From a virus (lineage: Duplodnaviria > Caudoviricetes): a DNA stretch of 64,000 nucleotides. A program made the translations under genes and the position numbers. The stretch spans positions 1 to 64,000 of IMG/VR virus record IMGVR_UViG_3300017902_000306, one strand, 5' to 3'. Positions 1 through 9,647 of this stretch are shown here, in pieces. Under the pieces are notes generated by a model. It had not been told where the DNA came from. It saw only the letters and a program-made list of their open reading frames with translations, and did not search any database. Each line of letters starts with the position of its first letter. Positions within the stretch are counted from its first letter, which is position 1.

Positions 1-2
1 AC

Positions 3-326
3 AATATCCAAGGATTTGATACTGGTATTTTCTCTTTGATGCCTGGGATTCAAAATTTTGTTACTGCTGGTGGACTTACCAATAATGTCATTGCTGGTGG
101 TATGTTTAACACTGTTCAGGCGGGTGGTATGTTTGACACAATTGTTGCTGGTGGTAGAGGAACTATCGTTGGAGCGGGCGGCCTGTTCCAAGTAGTATTG
201 GCTGGGAAGATTGAAATTAGAGCAAGGGTTGGTGCTGCAACTTTCCGTGCCGATAAAGGAGTAACCACGATTGGTAATATCGCATCTAAAACCATTGTAA
301 CTGGCGTCACCGTTTCACTGGTGTAA
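3..326 (+). CDS. gp5: 3' end of baseplate hub/tail spike protein (gp5-like C-terminal beta-helix), truncated at left edge
   Basis: Frame is open from base 3 (NIQGFDTGIFSLMPG...). About 10-aa V/T-x-AGG repeats fit a spike beta-helix. Lies just upstream of gp25 and PAAR. The identity rests on synteny and repeat character. Confidence 0.55.
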   Translation, partial: NIQGFDTGIFSLMPGIQNFVTAGGLTNNVIAGGMFNTVQAGGMFDTIVAGGRGTIVGAGGLFQVVLAGKIEIRARVGAATFRADKGVTTIGNIASKTIVTGVTVSLV

Positions 327-338
327 TAGGAGAGAGTT

Positions 339-1145
339 TTGGCTACTATCGCTGATCCAAAAAAAGAAACAAATGCCGCAGTTGATGATCTTGTAAAAGA
401 CATCACCAACGGTTCTGGCATTGATGATGTTAAAAATGAGGTTGCCGGTCAGGTAGAAAACGTCAAAGGTCTTTTTGATGGTCTGGGTGATCTTACAAAT
501 TCAATTGGTGAATGTAGTGGTCTTGGAGAACAGTTCGCAGAGATAGCAGGACAAATTGATGATCTCAGTGATAAATTCGATTCTCTGGTCGATAAACTTG
601 TTGATAAGATCACCAATGCTCTAGGTCTTCCTGCTGTTGAGGCCAAATTTAGAGCAGAGTATGCTCTGTTACAAGCCGCCATGAAAAAGGATTTTCAATC
701 CATATCAGGTGTTTTGGATGGGTTGGATGGTGGATTCACTGATGACTTAAAAACTCTTGCTAAGGTTGGTCTTCAGACTGCTGCGTTTATTAACAAAGTA
801 GACGAGATGAAGGATAAGTATGGAGGATCATCTGGTTCTATTGATGAGATACTAGATGACCCAGGCGCCTTTCTTACAGAACTTGGGCGTGATATAGAAT
901 CACTCTGTGCTGCTTTTCCTAACTATGAAAAGGCAAAGAATGGAAGTGTCAAACTTAGAATGCCGCCTGGCGCTTTAGATTTTGAGATTAGTTTTAGAGA
1001 AATTATTTCAGAGGGTATCAGTCCTACTTTGAAAAGAATTGAGGAATCTTTGAAAGAAGCCGCTTATGGTGTTACTTTGGCGTGGGAAGATTATCAGTTC
1101 ACTGATGAAAGAGCTAGAACTGATTATGCAAACGCTCCGATTTAG
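339..1145 (+). CDS. hypothetical protein, acidic and probably helical
   Basis: 268-aa ORF with TTG start after GGAGAGAG; fills the gap between gp5 and gp25; no motif recognised. Confidence 0.7.
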   Translation: MATIADPKKETNAAVDDLVKDITNGSGIDDVKNEVAGQVENVKGLFDGLGDLTNSIGECSGLGEQFAEIAGQIDDLSDKFDSLVDKLVDKITNALGLPAVEAKFRAEYALLQAAMKKDFQSISGVLDGLDGGFTDDLKTLAKVGLQTAAFINKVDEMKDKYGGSSGSIDEILDDPGAFLTELGRDIESLCAAFPNYEKAKNGSVKLRMPPGALDFEISFREIISEGISPTLKRIEESLKEAAYGVTLAWEDYQFTDERARTDYANAPI

Positions 1146-1155
1146 ATCAAAGGAT

Positions 1156-1163
1156 TATAAATA
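1156..1163 (+). promoter_or_regulatory. T4-type late promoter
   Basis: Exact TATAAATA immediately upstream of gp25. Confidence 0.8.
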
Positions 1164-1168
1164 GTCTC

Positions 1169-1567
1169 ATGGCCATTTTAAAACCGACAAGATTGTATAA
1201 GGATATTGACTTATCCTTTACTAAAAACCCGAACACAAGAGATGTCAATAAAAAACTTGATGTTCAGGCGGTCAAGCAAGCCATAAAGATATTAGTAAAC
1301 ACTCAGTTTTACGAGAGACCATTCAACCCAAAGTTTGGTTCTCAAGTAAGAGGTTTGTTGTTTGAATTGATAGATGAACAGACTGCAAGAATTCTTGCGA
1401 CAACATTACAACTAGCAATAGAAAATTTTGAACCAAGGGCAAAAGTAGAGGAAGTAATTTGTAGACCTAATTTTGATCTGAACTCTTACGATGTAGAGAT
1501 TAGATTTTATGTTACTGGTATAAGAGAACTACAAGGTCTTGAATTGGTTTTGGAGAGGTTGAGATAA
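1169..1567 (+). CDS. gp25: baseplate wedge subunit gp25
   Basis: YKDIDLSF..NP, AVKQAIKILVNT..YERPFNPKFGS, IENFEPRAKV: GPW/gp25 family. Confidence 0.95.
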   Translation: MAILKPTRLYKDIDLSFTKNPNTRDVNKKLDVQAVKQAIKILVNTQFYERPFNPKFGSQVRGLLFELIDEQTARILATTLQLAIENFEPRAKVEEVICRPNFDLNSYDVEIRFYVTGIRELQGLELVLERLR

Positions 1568-1842
1568 TGCCAGCAATTTTAGTATCGCCTGGGACAGTAG
1601 TTGATTCACAAGGTATAGGTGCGATTGCACCTACGGGAGCTAAATATACTGCCGGCGGAGTAATTCATTGTATTGGTGATCCAGTTGCACCTCACGGGAC
1701 TCACTCACCAAACGCCATCGTTTCGGGATCGACAAAGGTGACTGCTGGGGGCAGACCAGTTGCAGTTTTGGGACTTTCTTTTGCTGCTTGTGGTGGTAAA
1801 GCGGTATCTACCCCGAACCCAAAGGTTCTCGTTGCACTTTAA
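1567..1842 (+). CDS. PAAR-like spike tip protein (gp5.4-like)
   Basis: 91 aa; HCIGDPVAPHGTH, VSGSTKVTAGGRPVA, ACG metal-binding pattern of PAAR proteins. Confidence 0.85.
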   Translation: MPAILVSPGTVVDSQGIGAIAPTGAKYTAGGVIHCIGDPVAPHGTHSPNAIVSGSTKVTAGGRPVAVLGLSFAACGGKAVSTPNPKVLVAL

Positions 1843-1854
1843 AAGGATAAAAAA

Positions 1855-3768
1855 ATGGCAGTTAAAAATGTAACAGAATTAGATTTTTCAAACATAAGAC
1901 AGAATCTAAGAACTTTTTTACAGAACCAAGATGAATTTTCAGACTACAACTTTGAAGCATCTGGTATGTCTGTATTGCTTGACTTGCTAGCTTACAACAC
2001 ACACTACAATGCCATTCTTGCACACATGGTTTCTAATGAGGCTTTTCTTGACTCTGCCGTTAGAAGGAACTCAGTAGTATCCATTGCAAAAACTATGGGA
2101 TATACACCCAGATCAGCTAGGTCTGCGAAAGCATCTATTAATCTTACTGTAGTGCCATCATCATCTTATGTAAGCACAAGTCTTACTCTGGCAAAAGATA
2201 AACAGTTTCAAAGTTCTGTCAATGGAGTTGTTAGAAACTTTGTTCCCGACAAAGACTATGTGATCTCAAAAACTATTGAGAATGGTGTAGCAGCTTTTAG
2301 ATTTACTGATGTAAGATTGATTGAAGGGACTAGGACTACTACATCTGAAATCATCACCACGCAGAACAGGTCTGGGCCTATCGTTTTGCAGAATGACAAT
2401 GTTGATACCACTTCAATAACTGTCAAAGTTCAAACATCAACGTCAAACTTTAGTTCAGAAACTTTTACTGTAGCGAATGATACACTAGATGTCACTTCCA
2501 CATCAAAGATTTTTTATCTTGAAGAAAGAACAGATGGATACTATCAAATTGTTTTTGGTGACGGCATTCTCGGTAAACAACTAGATGTAGGCAATGTTGT
2601 CATAGTTGAATATATTGTCTCCAATGCTACTTTAGGAAATGGTGCTAGAAACTTCAAACCACCAGCTAGTCTTACTGGTAGTGGTGAGAACATTTCGGGA
2701 ACAACCGTAACAATCGGAGCGGGTGGATTTGAAAAAGAAACTGCTGATAGTATTCGATTCAATGCGCCACGATTCAATGCCGCCAAAGGTAGAGTTGTTA
2801 CCAAGACGGACTATGAGACAGTAATCAAACAGTCTAATCCAAACATCAAGTCTGTCGCTGCTTGGGGTGGCGAAGATAATCTGCCGCCTATCTATGGAAA
2901 GATATTCTTATCGTTGCAACCAAACTCAGGGTTTACAATCACTGATGCAGACAAGTTAGCAATTACAAATACTGTATTAGAACCTAAGATGCCGGTGGGT
3001 CTTGTTCCAGAGTTTGTTGATCCAGAATTTATTCACATTGGACTTAACATAACGGTCACATATGACACCAAGTTGACTACGTTATCATCTGAGGCAATTC
3101 AGGCTCTTGCAATTACAAAGGTTGAGTCTCACTTTGAAACTAATTTGAATCAACTGAAAAAGAACTTCTTTACTTCTAAACTACAAAACGAAATCAACGG
3201 CGTATCAGATTCGATTGTTGGTGTTGGGTTAGAGATGAGGTTGATTAAAAAGATTGATCCCGTTCTGGGAACTGCTAGTAGGTATGAACCCAAGTTCAAT
3301 AACAAAATCATGCCAAATGCAGTTAGATCAAATTACTTCACAGTAGACTTGAACGGATCAAGGGACGAAGTTTATATCGTTGACAAACCAAACGATGATG
3401 TCGTTGCACCTGTATACAGTGGAACAGGGACACTGCAACTCAAAACAAAGAGTCTTGGTGTGGTCATTGCTAAAGACATAGGAACAATAGATTACGACAC
3501 GGGTGTGTTAGATATTCTTTCTCTGAATATCATATCCATAAGTGGAACAGCGAATACTCAACTGAGAGTTGTTGTTACTCCACACGAGTCTGCACGAAAT
3601 ATATCAACTGATATTTTGGTTAGGGCAACAGAAGAAGCAACTTACGCTGTTTTCGCACAACCTTCCAGAAACATTATCTTAAATTTAGATGATGCCGCTG
3701 AGGATGCGACCAACAATATCCGAAAGGGTCTAAACGTTACAATGGTGCCTAGGGTAACTGATGAATAG
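1855..3768 (+). CDS. gp6: baseplate wedge subunit gp6
   Basis: ELDFSNIRQNL..FLQNQDEFSDYNFEASGMSVLLDLLAYNTHYNA, SIRFNAPR..A.KGRVVTKTDY, SVAAWGGEDN. Confidence 0.95.
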   Translation: MAVKNVTELDFSNIRQNLRTFLQNQDEFSDYNFEASGMSVLLDLLAYNTHYNAILAHMVSNEAFLDSAVRRNSVVSIAKTMGYTPRSARSAKASINLTVVPSSSYVSTSLTLAKDKQFQSSVNGVVRNFVPDKDYVISKTIENGVAAFRFTDVRLIEGTRTTTSEIITTQNRSGPIVLQNDNVDTTSITVKVQTSTSNFSSETFTVANDTLDVTSTSKIFYLEERTDGYYQIVFGDGILGKQLDVGNVVIVEYIVSNATLGNGARNFKPPASLTGSGENISGTTVTIGAGGFEKETADSIRFNAPRFNAAKGRVVTKTDYETVIKQSNPNIKSVAAWGGEDNLPPIYGKIFLSLQPNSGFTITDADKLAITNTVLEPKMPVGLVPEFVDPEFIHIGLNITVTYDTKLTTLSSEAIQALAITKVESHFETNLNQLKKNFFTSKLQNEINGVSDSIVGVGLEMRLIKKIDPVLGTASRYEPKFNNKIMPNAVRSNYFTVDLNGSRDEVYIVDKPNDDVVAPVYSGTGTLQLKTKSLGVVIAKDIGTIDYDTGVLDILSLNIISISGTANTQLRVVVTPHESARNISTDILVRATEEATYAVFAQPSRNIILNLDDAAEDATNNIRKGLNVTMVPRVTDE

Positions 3769-6700
3769 AATTACAAAATTCAAGGAGTATATAGACTCTA
3801 TAACAATACTGACTAGCGGCACTGCATACTCTGAACCGCCACAGTTATTCATAGATGCTCCCACTAGAACCCACGATACTAGTGACAATACTCAAGCAGT
3901 AGCAACACTTAGTATTGATGGTGCTGGTGCGATCAGTGCTGTAACTATCACCAATGATGGTGATGGATATATTGTTGCACCCACACCGTATGTGGTTGGT
4001 TTCCCGACTGAACTTACGGTAACCTCTGATCCCAGCACAGAACACGATGAGGGATCATACCCAAATATCCCAACCACTACTAATTCTGCTAATGGAACGG
4101 GTCTTACTGTTAATGTGGCAGTGAGTTCAACTGGTGTTGTCACTCTTACTGTCTCAGATGACGGAAACGCCACATACAGAGAAGCTGATACTATCAGTGT
4201 TGATCCAGTTGATATTGGTGGTCAACCAACCGATCCAACAATTACTGCCTCCATCACAAAGATTAACAACGGATCGGGTGCTACTTTTTCTTCCACACTT
4301 GATAAGGTGGCAAAGGGTGATCAGTATGTGCAACCCAAGATATCTACTTTGGTTCCAAACCAGTTGCCGGAATCAATACAGGAAGATTTTCCCCTATTTA
4401 AAACTCTAATAGAAAAATATTATCAGTTCATGGAACAAACCAACACGACTGATAATACTAAACACGGCCCCCTAAAAGTTCTTCAAGATTTCTTAGCGAA
4501 ACTTGACGTTGACTTTAATGATGACGGCAGTATTGTCACTGATGATAATTTTCTCATAGAGTTTTTTAGAGACTATGCGAAAGACTTTCCACAGACCCAG
4601 ACTGCAAAACTTTCCAGAGTCATCAAGGATATTAATAATTTCTATACTGCAAAGGGTAGTCCAAAAGCAATAGAGTATCTTTTCCAAGTTCTATACAACG
4701 AGAATGTGACAGTGACAAACTCGGAACAGTTTGTTCTGAGACCTTCTTCAAATACATGGAATCAAGACCTTGTTGTAAAATGTTTCAGTGGACTTGACTC
4801 ATCCGTAGAACCAAGTTCTCTGGGCGGACAGAGAATAGATTTGCACTACGCTGTATCAGAAGGTGCGGTAACTAATTACTTCAAGAAGACTGCAACCGTA
4901 GAACGTGCAACAAAAATTTCTTACACCAACCCACAGGCTTATGAGTTAGTATTAGATTTACCAGCAACCTTTGTCCTGCCTGGGCCGGGTAATGGTAACG
5001 CTGGTAGAGATGAACAATTACATGCCTATGTTCGTGGCACAATCGCAACCATAACGGGAACGGGATCATCGGGTGCTTTTGAGAATCCTACTTCAACTGT
5101 TGTTGATGGAACATATGTAGTATCCTCATCTGATTATACTTCTTACTTGGATGTTCCTTATACAAACAACACGGTTCTTCCAGTTGGAACATATGTAAAG
5201 GCAAACAATAAAATATATGTCACTATAAACGAAGGGACAACCAACTCCAGTGGCACTGGGCCTACGCATGAACACGGTGAACAACTTGATGGCACATCAA
5301 AGATGCGTTACATATCAAGTGCATCACACAAAACCACTGGTAGTTCCAACGCCGCATTTAGTGTTGTTATCTCAGGAAATGCTATCAGTAGTGTTACTGT
5401 AACCAATGCGGGCACTGGTGTTTTTCTAAACGAAATCTTTGAGGTTCCTGCCACGCACTTTGGTGGGTCGGGAACTCCGCCTGTAAAATTCAAGGTGGGA
5501 TCAATTGCGAATGGAGAAATTGGTGACATACTCATACTTGACGGTGGTGCTGGATTTAGTGCGAACCCAAGCATTGACGTAAATCCAGATGCAACTGACA
5601 CTGTAACAACCACCGCTGTAGTAGATACTCGACTGACAGATGGTGCTATTAGTGACACGGTGTTTGTTGCGAATCAAAGAGGAGTGGGATATAATAAACC
5701 GCCCTCTCTTGTAGTAGACGTTGCTAGTGTTCTAACTTTTATCACAACAGAGGGTGGCACCGCTAATATTATAAACTCTGTTGCCATTCCAACCAGAGGC
5801 CTTACCTCTGCTGCCTTTACTAGTATTAAAACTGGTTCATCTACAACAGCGGGTGGATTTAAAGTAGGAGATACTTTCAAGGTTGCTGAGAGTGGGGATG
5901 TTCTCGGTGTTTATGCGATAGATTATTTTGCAGAAGACTATACTCTTACTGGAATTTCAAACAATGGATTCATTAAAGTTTCTGCTGTTGGAACAGACGG
6001 ATACCCAACTAAATTTGATATTCTTGCCGTTGGTGTTGGATATCTTAGAGGAGAATTTACCTTTGAGATAACATCATCCACTGGAGAAATATGCACGATT
6101 ACTTTAAAAACTGGTTACAGTTCTCTACTCGCTGGTGTCTTCAAGGATGCCGGAAGTTTCCTATCGGATGCAAATAGGGTCTTTGATAATAGAATCTATC
6201 AAAATTTCTCATACCAGATCGAAACAGAAAGACCTCAATCAGAATGGAACGATTATGTTAGACGGGCTGCACACCCCGTTGGATTTGGTGTATTCGGTAA
6301 TCTACAGGTCAAACAGTCTGTTGACATGTCAAGCAACTTCACGGTTGAAACAGATGTCTACATGTTCTTCAAGTATCCAGACATTGAAGAAATTCTTATT
6401 CAAGATGCTGTTGCTAAAGAAGTAGGGAAACCTGTTTCCGATTCGATATTCCCAGGCGAAGGTCTTGCTAACCGTGCTGGTGGATTGAGTTTCTTAAACA
6501 TTGAACAGGTCAAGACGGATGGCGCAGGCATTGCCGACTCCTTTGGCCCATATACCGCACAGGGAACAGAAGTTCTAAACATCTATGCTACTTCTGATGG
6601 TTTGCCAAGTGGTGACCCATACTTCTTTGTTCATGCGGATGAGAATGATGATTACGTTGAAAGAAATGTAGTCGGTGACTACTTCTTAGAAGACTATGTT

Positions 6701-7501
6701 CTGTTTGGTAATCCACGCAAAGACGTTACACTTGACTTCACGATTACTGAGTCTGGTGAATACGCAACTGACTACTTTGCACACGATGCTGGTCGATACA
6801 CATTCTTGTTTGCAGAAACAACCGCAGAGATTTATCGTATTGATGATCAGATAACTTCACTTGCAGTTGAGATTACAACAACAACTGATACAGTTGATTG
6901 GGCGGAAACCGTGCTCATATCATTTGTATTCTTCAGAACTCCAACAGACACGTTTGATATGGCAGACGCCGCAGTATTGGAGCCTGGCTTGAGACCCACC
7001 GATACTCCAACTCTCGCAGATGCAATATCAAAGTTCGATGTGGAAACTAATCCCACCGATACGGGTGCGATGCAAGATACCACTGCGTTTGATTTGACAA
7101 CTACTGCTGCTGATACATTTAATGTTGCTGATGTTCCTGCCTTAGATGGACATAAACCATCTATTGCTGATACTATGAACATGGCAGATGCCCCGTCCGT
7201 AGAACCTCAGATACCTCGCACCGACACAATGAGTATGGCGGATGCGGTAAGTAAATTAGACATTGGTGTTTTACCTAGTGATACTCCCACTTTGGCAGAT
7301 TCGGTAAATAAATTTGATATAACTACTGTTGCAACTGATACAATGAATATGGCAGACGCAGTATCTAGGTTAGATGTTGAGTCTGCAGCGTCAGATACTT
7401 TTGATGTCGCTGACACTGGTAACCTAATATCACAATCTTATACGGTTGATTTGACATACTTTGCTGAAGATTATGTTGCTGATTCCGTAGTTAATTTCTA
7501 A
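3761..7501 (+). CDS. gp7: baseplate wedge initiator gp7-like protein with accessory domains and C-terminal repeats
   Basis: Between gp6 and gp8; core ISTLVPNQLPESIQEDFPLF, FYTAKGSPKAIEYLFQVLY, YQNFSYQIETE...HPVGFGVFG as in marine T4-like gp7. Confidence 0.75.
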   Translation: MNRITKFKEYIDSITILTSGTAYSEPPQLFIDAPTRTHDTSDNTQAVATLSIDGAGAISAVTITNDGDGYIVAPTPYVVGFPTELTVTSDPSTEHDEGSYPNIPTTTNSANGTGLTVNVAVSSTGVVTLTVSDDGNATYREADTISVDPVDIGGQPTDPTITASITKINNGSGATFSSTLDKVAKGDQYVQPKISTLVPNQLPESIQEDFPLFKTLIEKYYQFMEQTNTTDNTKHGPLKVLQDFLAKLDVDFNDDGSIVTDDNFLIEFFRDYAKDFPQTQTAKLSRVIKDINNFYTAKGSPKAIEYLFQVLYNENVTVTNSEQFVLRPSSNTWNQDLVVKCFSGLDSSVEPSSLGGQRIDLHYAVSEGAVTNYFKKTATVERATKISYTNPQAYELVLDLPATFVLPGPGNGNAGRDEQLHAYVRGTIATITGTGSSGAFENPTSTVVDGTYVVSSSDYTSYLDVPYTNNTVLPVGTYVKANNKIYVTINEGTTNSSGTGPTHEHGEQLDGTSKMRYISSASHKTTGSSNAAFSVVISGNAISSVTVTNAGTGVFLNEIFEVPATHFGGSGTPPVKFKVGSIANGEIGDILILDGGAGFSANPSIDVNPDATDTVTTTAVVDTRLTDGAISDTVFVANQRGVGYNKPPSLVVDVASVLTFITTEGGTANIINSVAIPTRGLTSAAFTSIKTGSSTTAGGFKVGDTFKVAESGDVLGVYAIDYFAEDYTLTGISNNGFIKVSAVGTDGYPTKFDILAVGVGYLRGEFTFEITSSTGEICTITLKTGYSSLLAGVFKDAGSFLSDANRVFDNRIYQNFSYQIETERPQSEWNDYVRRAAHPVGFGVFGNLQVKQSVDMSSNFTVETDVYMFFKYPDIEEILIQDAVAKEVGKPVSDSIFPGEGLANRAGGLSFLNIEQVKTDGAGIADSFGPYTAQGTEVLNIYATSDGLPSGDPYFFVHADENDDYVERNVVGDYFLEDYVLFGNPRKDVTLDFTITESGEYATDYFAHDAGRYTFLFAETTAEIYRIDDQITSLAVEITTTTDTVDWAETVLISFVFFRTPTDTFDMADAAVLEPGLRPTDTPTLADAISKFDVETNPTDTGAMQDTTAFDLTTTAADTFNVADVPALDGHKPSIADTMNMADAPSVEPQIPRTDTMSMADAVSKLDIGVLPSDTPTLADSVNKFDITTVATDTMNMADAVSRLDVESAASDTFDVADTGNLISQSYTVDLTYFAEDYVADSVVNF
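6941..7423 (+). repeat. nine tandem 18-19-aa [TAS]DT-x3-AD repeats in gp7 C-terminus
   Basis: TDTFDMADA, TDTPTLADA, TDTGAMQDT, ADTFNVADV, ADTMNMADA, TDTMSMADA, SDTPTLADS, TDTMNMADA, SDTFDVADT. Confidence 0.85.
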
Positions 7502-7507
7502 AAACAT

Positions 7508-7515
7508 TATAAATA
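7508..7515 (+). promoter_or_regulatory. T4-type late promoter
   Basis: Exact TATAAATA in the intergenic gap after gp7. Confidence 0.8.
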
Positions 7516-7556
7516 AGAAGAACAAACAAGGCAAACCTATTCTAAAGGAGAAAAAC

Positions 7557-8006
7557 ATGTTACAATCTAATGCCTTAACTGCTAAGGGTCGTTTGACTCT
7601 TGAGCAATTTGATAAGGAAGGCAACCTTATCCACACGCAAGACACGACCAACGTTGTCGTAGATACTGGTCTTGCATATATCGCTTCCCGAATGAAGGAC
7701 GCATCCGCAACTGCTATGTCACACATGGCTATCGGATCAAACTCAACTGCAGCTGCTTCTGGTGACTCCGCTCTCGGAACAGAACTTGGTCGAGTTGCAC
7801 TGACATCTACAACTGTTTCTACTAACTCAGTTACTTATGTTGGTGACTTCCCCGCTGGCACGGGAACGGGTGCTGTTGTTGAAGCTGGTATCTTAAACGC
7901 TTCTTCCAGTGGCACATTGTTGTGTAGAACGGTATTTTCGGTGGTGAATAAGGCTGCGGCGGACACTCTAAAGATTACTTGGACGCTGACGGTTTCAGAC
8001 TCCTAA
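7557..8006 (+). CDS. putative virion structural protein (baseplate/tail-associated)
   Basis: 149 aa, AGGAG RBS; NVVVDTGL..IASRM, MAIG...TAAASGDSALGTELGR, VVEAGILNASSSGTLLCRTVF pattern common in phage tail-region proteins. Confidence 0.7.
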   Translation: MLQSNALTAKGRLTLEQFDKEGNLIHTQDTTNVVVDTGLAYIASRMKDASATAMSHMAIGSNSTAAASGDSALGTELGRVALTSTTVSTNSVTYVGDFPAGTGTGAVVEAGILNASSSGTLLCRTVFSVVNKAAADTLKITWTLTVSDS

Positions 8007-8030
8007 TTTTAATTTTTAGGAGTTTGCCTG

Positions 8031-9638
8031 ATGGCTATATTAATCCGAGACCAGGCTAGAGTTCAACAAGCGAGGTCATTCTACAGAGATATCTACAACG
8101 ACAACGATAGATATTTTCTGGTGGCCTCCAGAACTCAAACGTGGACAACAGATACGTCACCCGATACGTCATTCGACAATCGGGTTGACATGTCACAATT
8201 TCGGCGAGACATTCTTTTTGCGAAGAAAGTCCAAAACGCCGATGTGGCCATGCTTGCTCGGCGGATTGATTGGACTACAGCGACTGTATATGATCAGTAT
8301 GACGATGCACTTACTACATCCCATACTGCTTCGTCTGGTGCAACCACATTATCTGCTGCGAACTTTTATGTTCTAACTGACGAGTTCAATGTCTATAAAT
8401 GTTTGAGTAATAACTTTGGTGGACAAAGCACAGTAAAACCAACTGGAACTGGCACAGAGGTCTTTGAAACTGCTGACAAATACAAGTGGAAATTTCTGTT
8501 TCAAATAGGTTCTTCCGATAGAACTAAATTTTTGTCTACCGAATACCTTCCTGTTAGAAAAGTTTCTGGCGCTGGTGAACCAGACTTTGATATCAATGGT
8601 GAAATAGATTCCGTAACTATATCAGCTGGTGGTGCTGGATATACTTCCGCACCCACCGTCACCATACAAGGTGATGGAGAAGGTGCGGTTGCAACTGCAA
8701 CTGTTGCTGCTGGTCAAGTTACCGCCATAACAATTGTAAATGGTGGATTCGGATACAGTTTTGCTGATGTCAAACTTACTGGTGGTGGATTTACAACTAT
8801 CGCTCGTGCGGATGCTGTGTTGGGGTCTACAGAAACCCCCACTCTACAAACGAATGTTGAAAGCACCGCAGTCAGTGGAACCATAGATAATATCTTAATC
8901 ACAAATGTTGGTCAAGATTATGTGAATGGCGATGCTACTATTGCAATCGAAGGGGATGGTATCGGTGCAGCCGCATCATTGGTTATCAACTCAAATGGTA
9001 ACGTTGAGAGTGTTGCAATAACAAATCCAGGCTCTGGTTACACAAAAGCAAATGTTGTCATCTCTCAAGTTTCTGGGGCGGGAATAAATGCCGCATTTAG
9101 ACTCATCATTTCTCCTTTTGGTGGTCACGGATCAAACCCACAACAGGAACTATTTGCAAGAAGGGTTGGGATAACAGTATCGTTTGATAATGACACGCAA
9201 GATTTGGTTACTGGAAATGATTATCGTCAGGTGGGATTATTGAAAAATATACGTCCATATGGGTTGACTACTTTGTTCAATGAAGCAACTGGTAGCGCAC
9301 AATATACAATTGGAACAAGTTCACCGACCAGTTACGCTCCCGATGATAATATAACCACATCAAGTAACGGTCAGTTTACCGTAACACAAATTAGAGATGC
9401 AAACACTGATGGAACTGATGACACCGTATATCTATTACCCATCACGGAGGCAATTGGTGCAACGGACACCTTAACAAATACTACAAAAGATATCACTGGA
9501 TTGACTATAAATACTAGCACTCTTACTAACCCAGAGATTGATGTTCACTCAGGAGAACTTCTATACTATGATAACAGAAAACCCATAGTAAGAGATGAAG
9601 ATCAAGTTGAAACAGTGAAAATAATCTTTTCATTTTAG
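8031..9638 (+). CDS. gp8: baseplate wedge subunit gp8
   Basis: RRIDWTT.TVYDQY, NFYVLTDEFNVYKCLSNN, KPTGT, DKYKWKFLF, DYRQVGLLKN, GELLYYDNRKPIVR. Confidence 0.9.
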   Translation: MAILIRDQARVQQARSFYRDIYNDNDRYFLVASRTQTWTTDTSPDTSFDNRVDMSQFRRDILFAKKVQNADVAMLARRIDWTTATVYDQYDDALTTSHTASSGATTLSAANFYVLTDEFNVYKCLSNNFGGQSTVKPTGTGTEVFETADKYKWKFLFQIGSSDRTKFLSTEYLPVRKVSGAGEPDFDINGEIDSVTISAGGAGYTSAPTVTIQGDGEGAVATATVAAGQVTAITIVNGGFGYSFADVKLTGGGFTTIARADAVLGSTETPTLQTNVESTAVSGTIDNILITNVGQDYVNGDATIAIEGDGIGAAASLVINSNGNVESVAITNPGSGYTKANVVISQVSGAGINAAFRLIISPFGGHGSNPQQELFARRVGITVSFDNDTQDLVTGNDYRQVGLLKNIRPYGLTTLFNEATGSAQYTIGTSSPTSYAPDDNITTSSNGQFTVTQIRDANTDGTDDTVYLLPITEAIGATDTLTNTTKDITGLTINTSTLTNPEIDVHSGELLYYDNRKPIVRDEDQVETVKIIFSF

Positions 9639-9647
9639 GGAACGAAA

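Noticed and set aside
9506-9513. TATAAATA inside gp8
   Set aside because: It could be an internal late promoter for the large gene but is equally explained by AT-rich coding sequence (TINT); not called.
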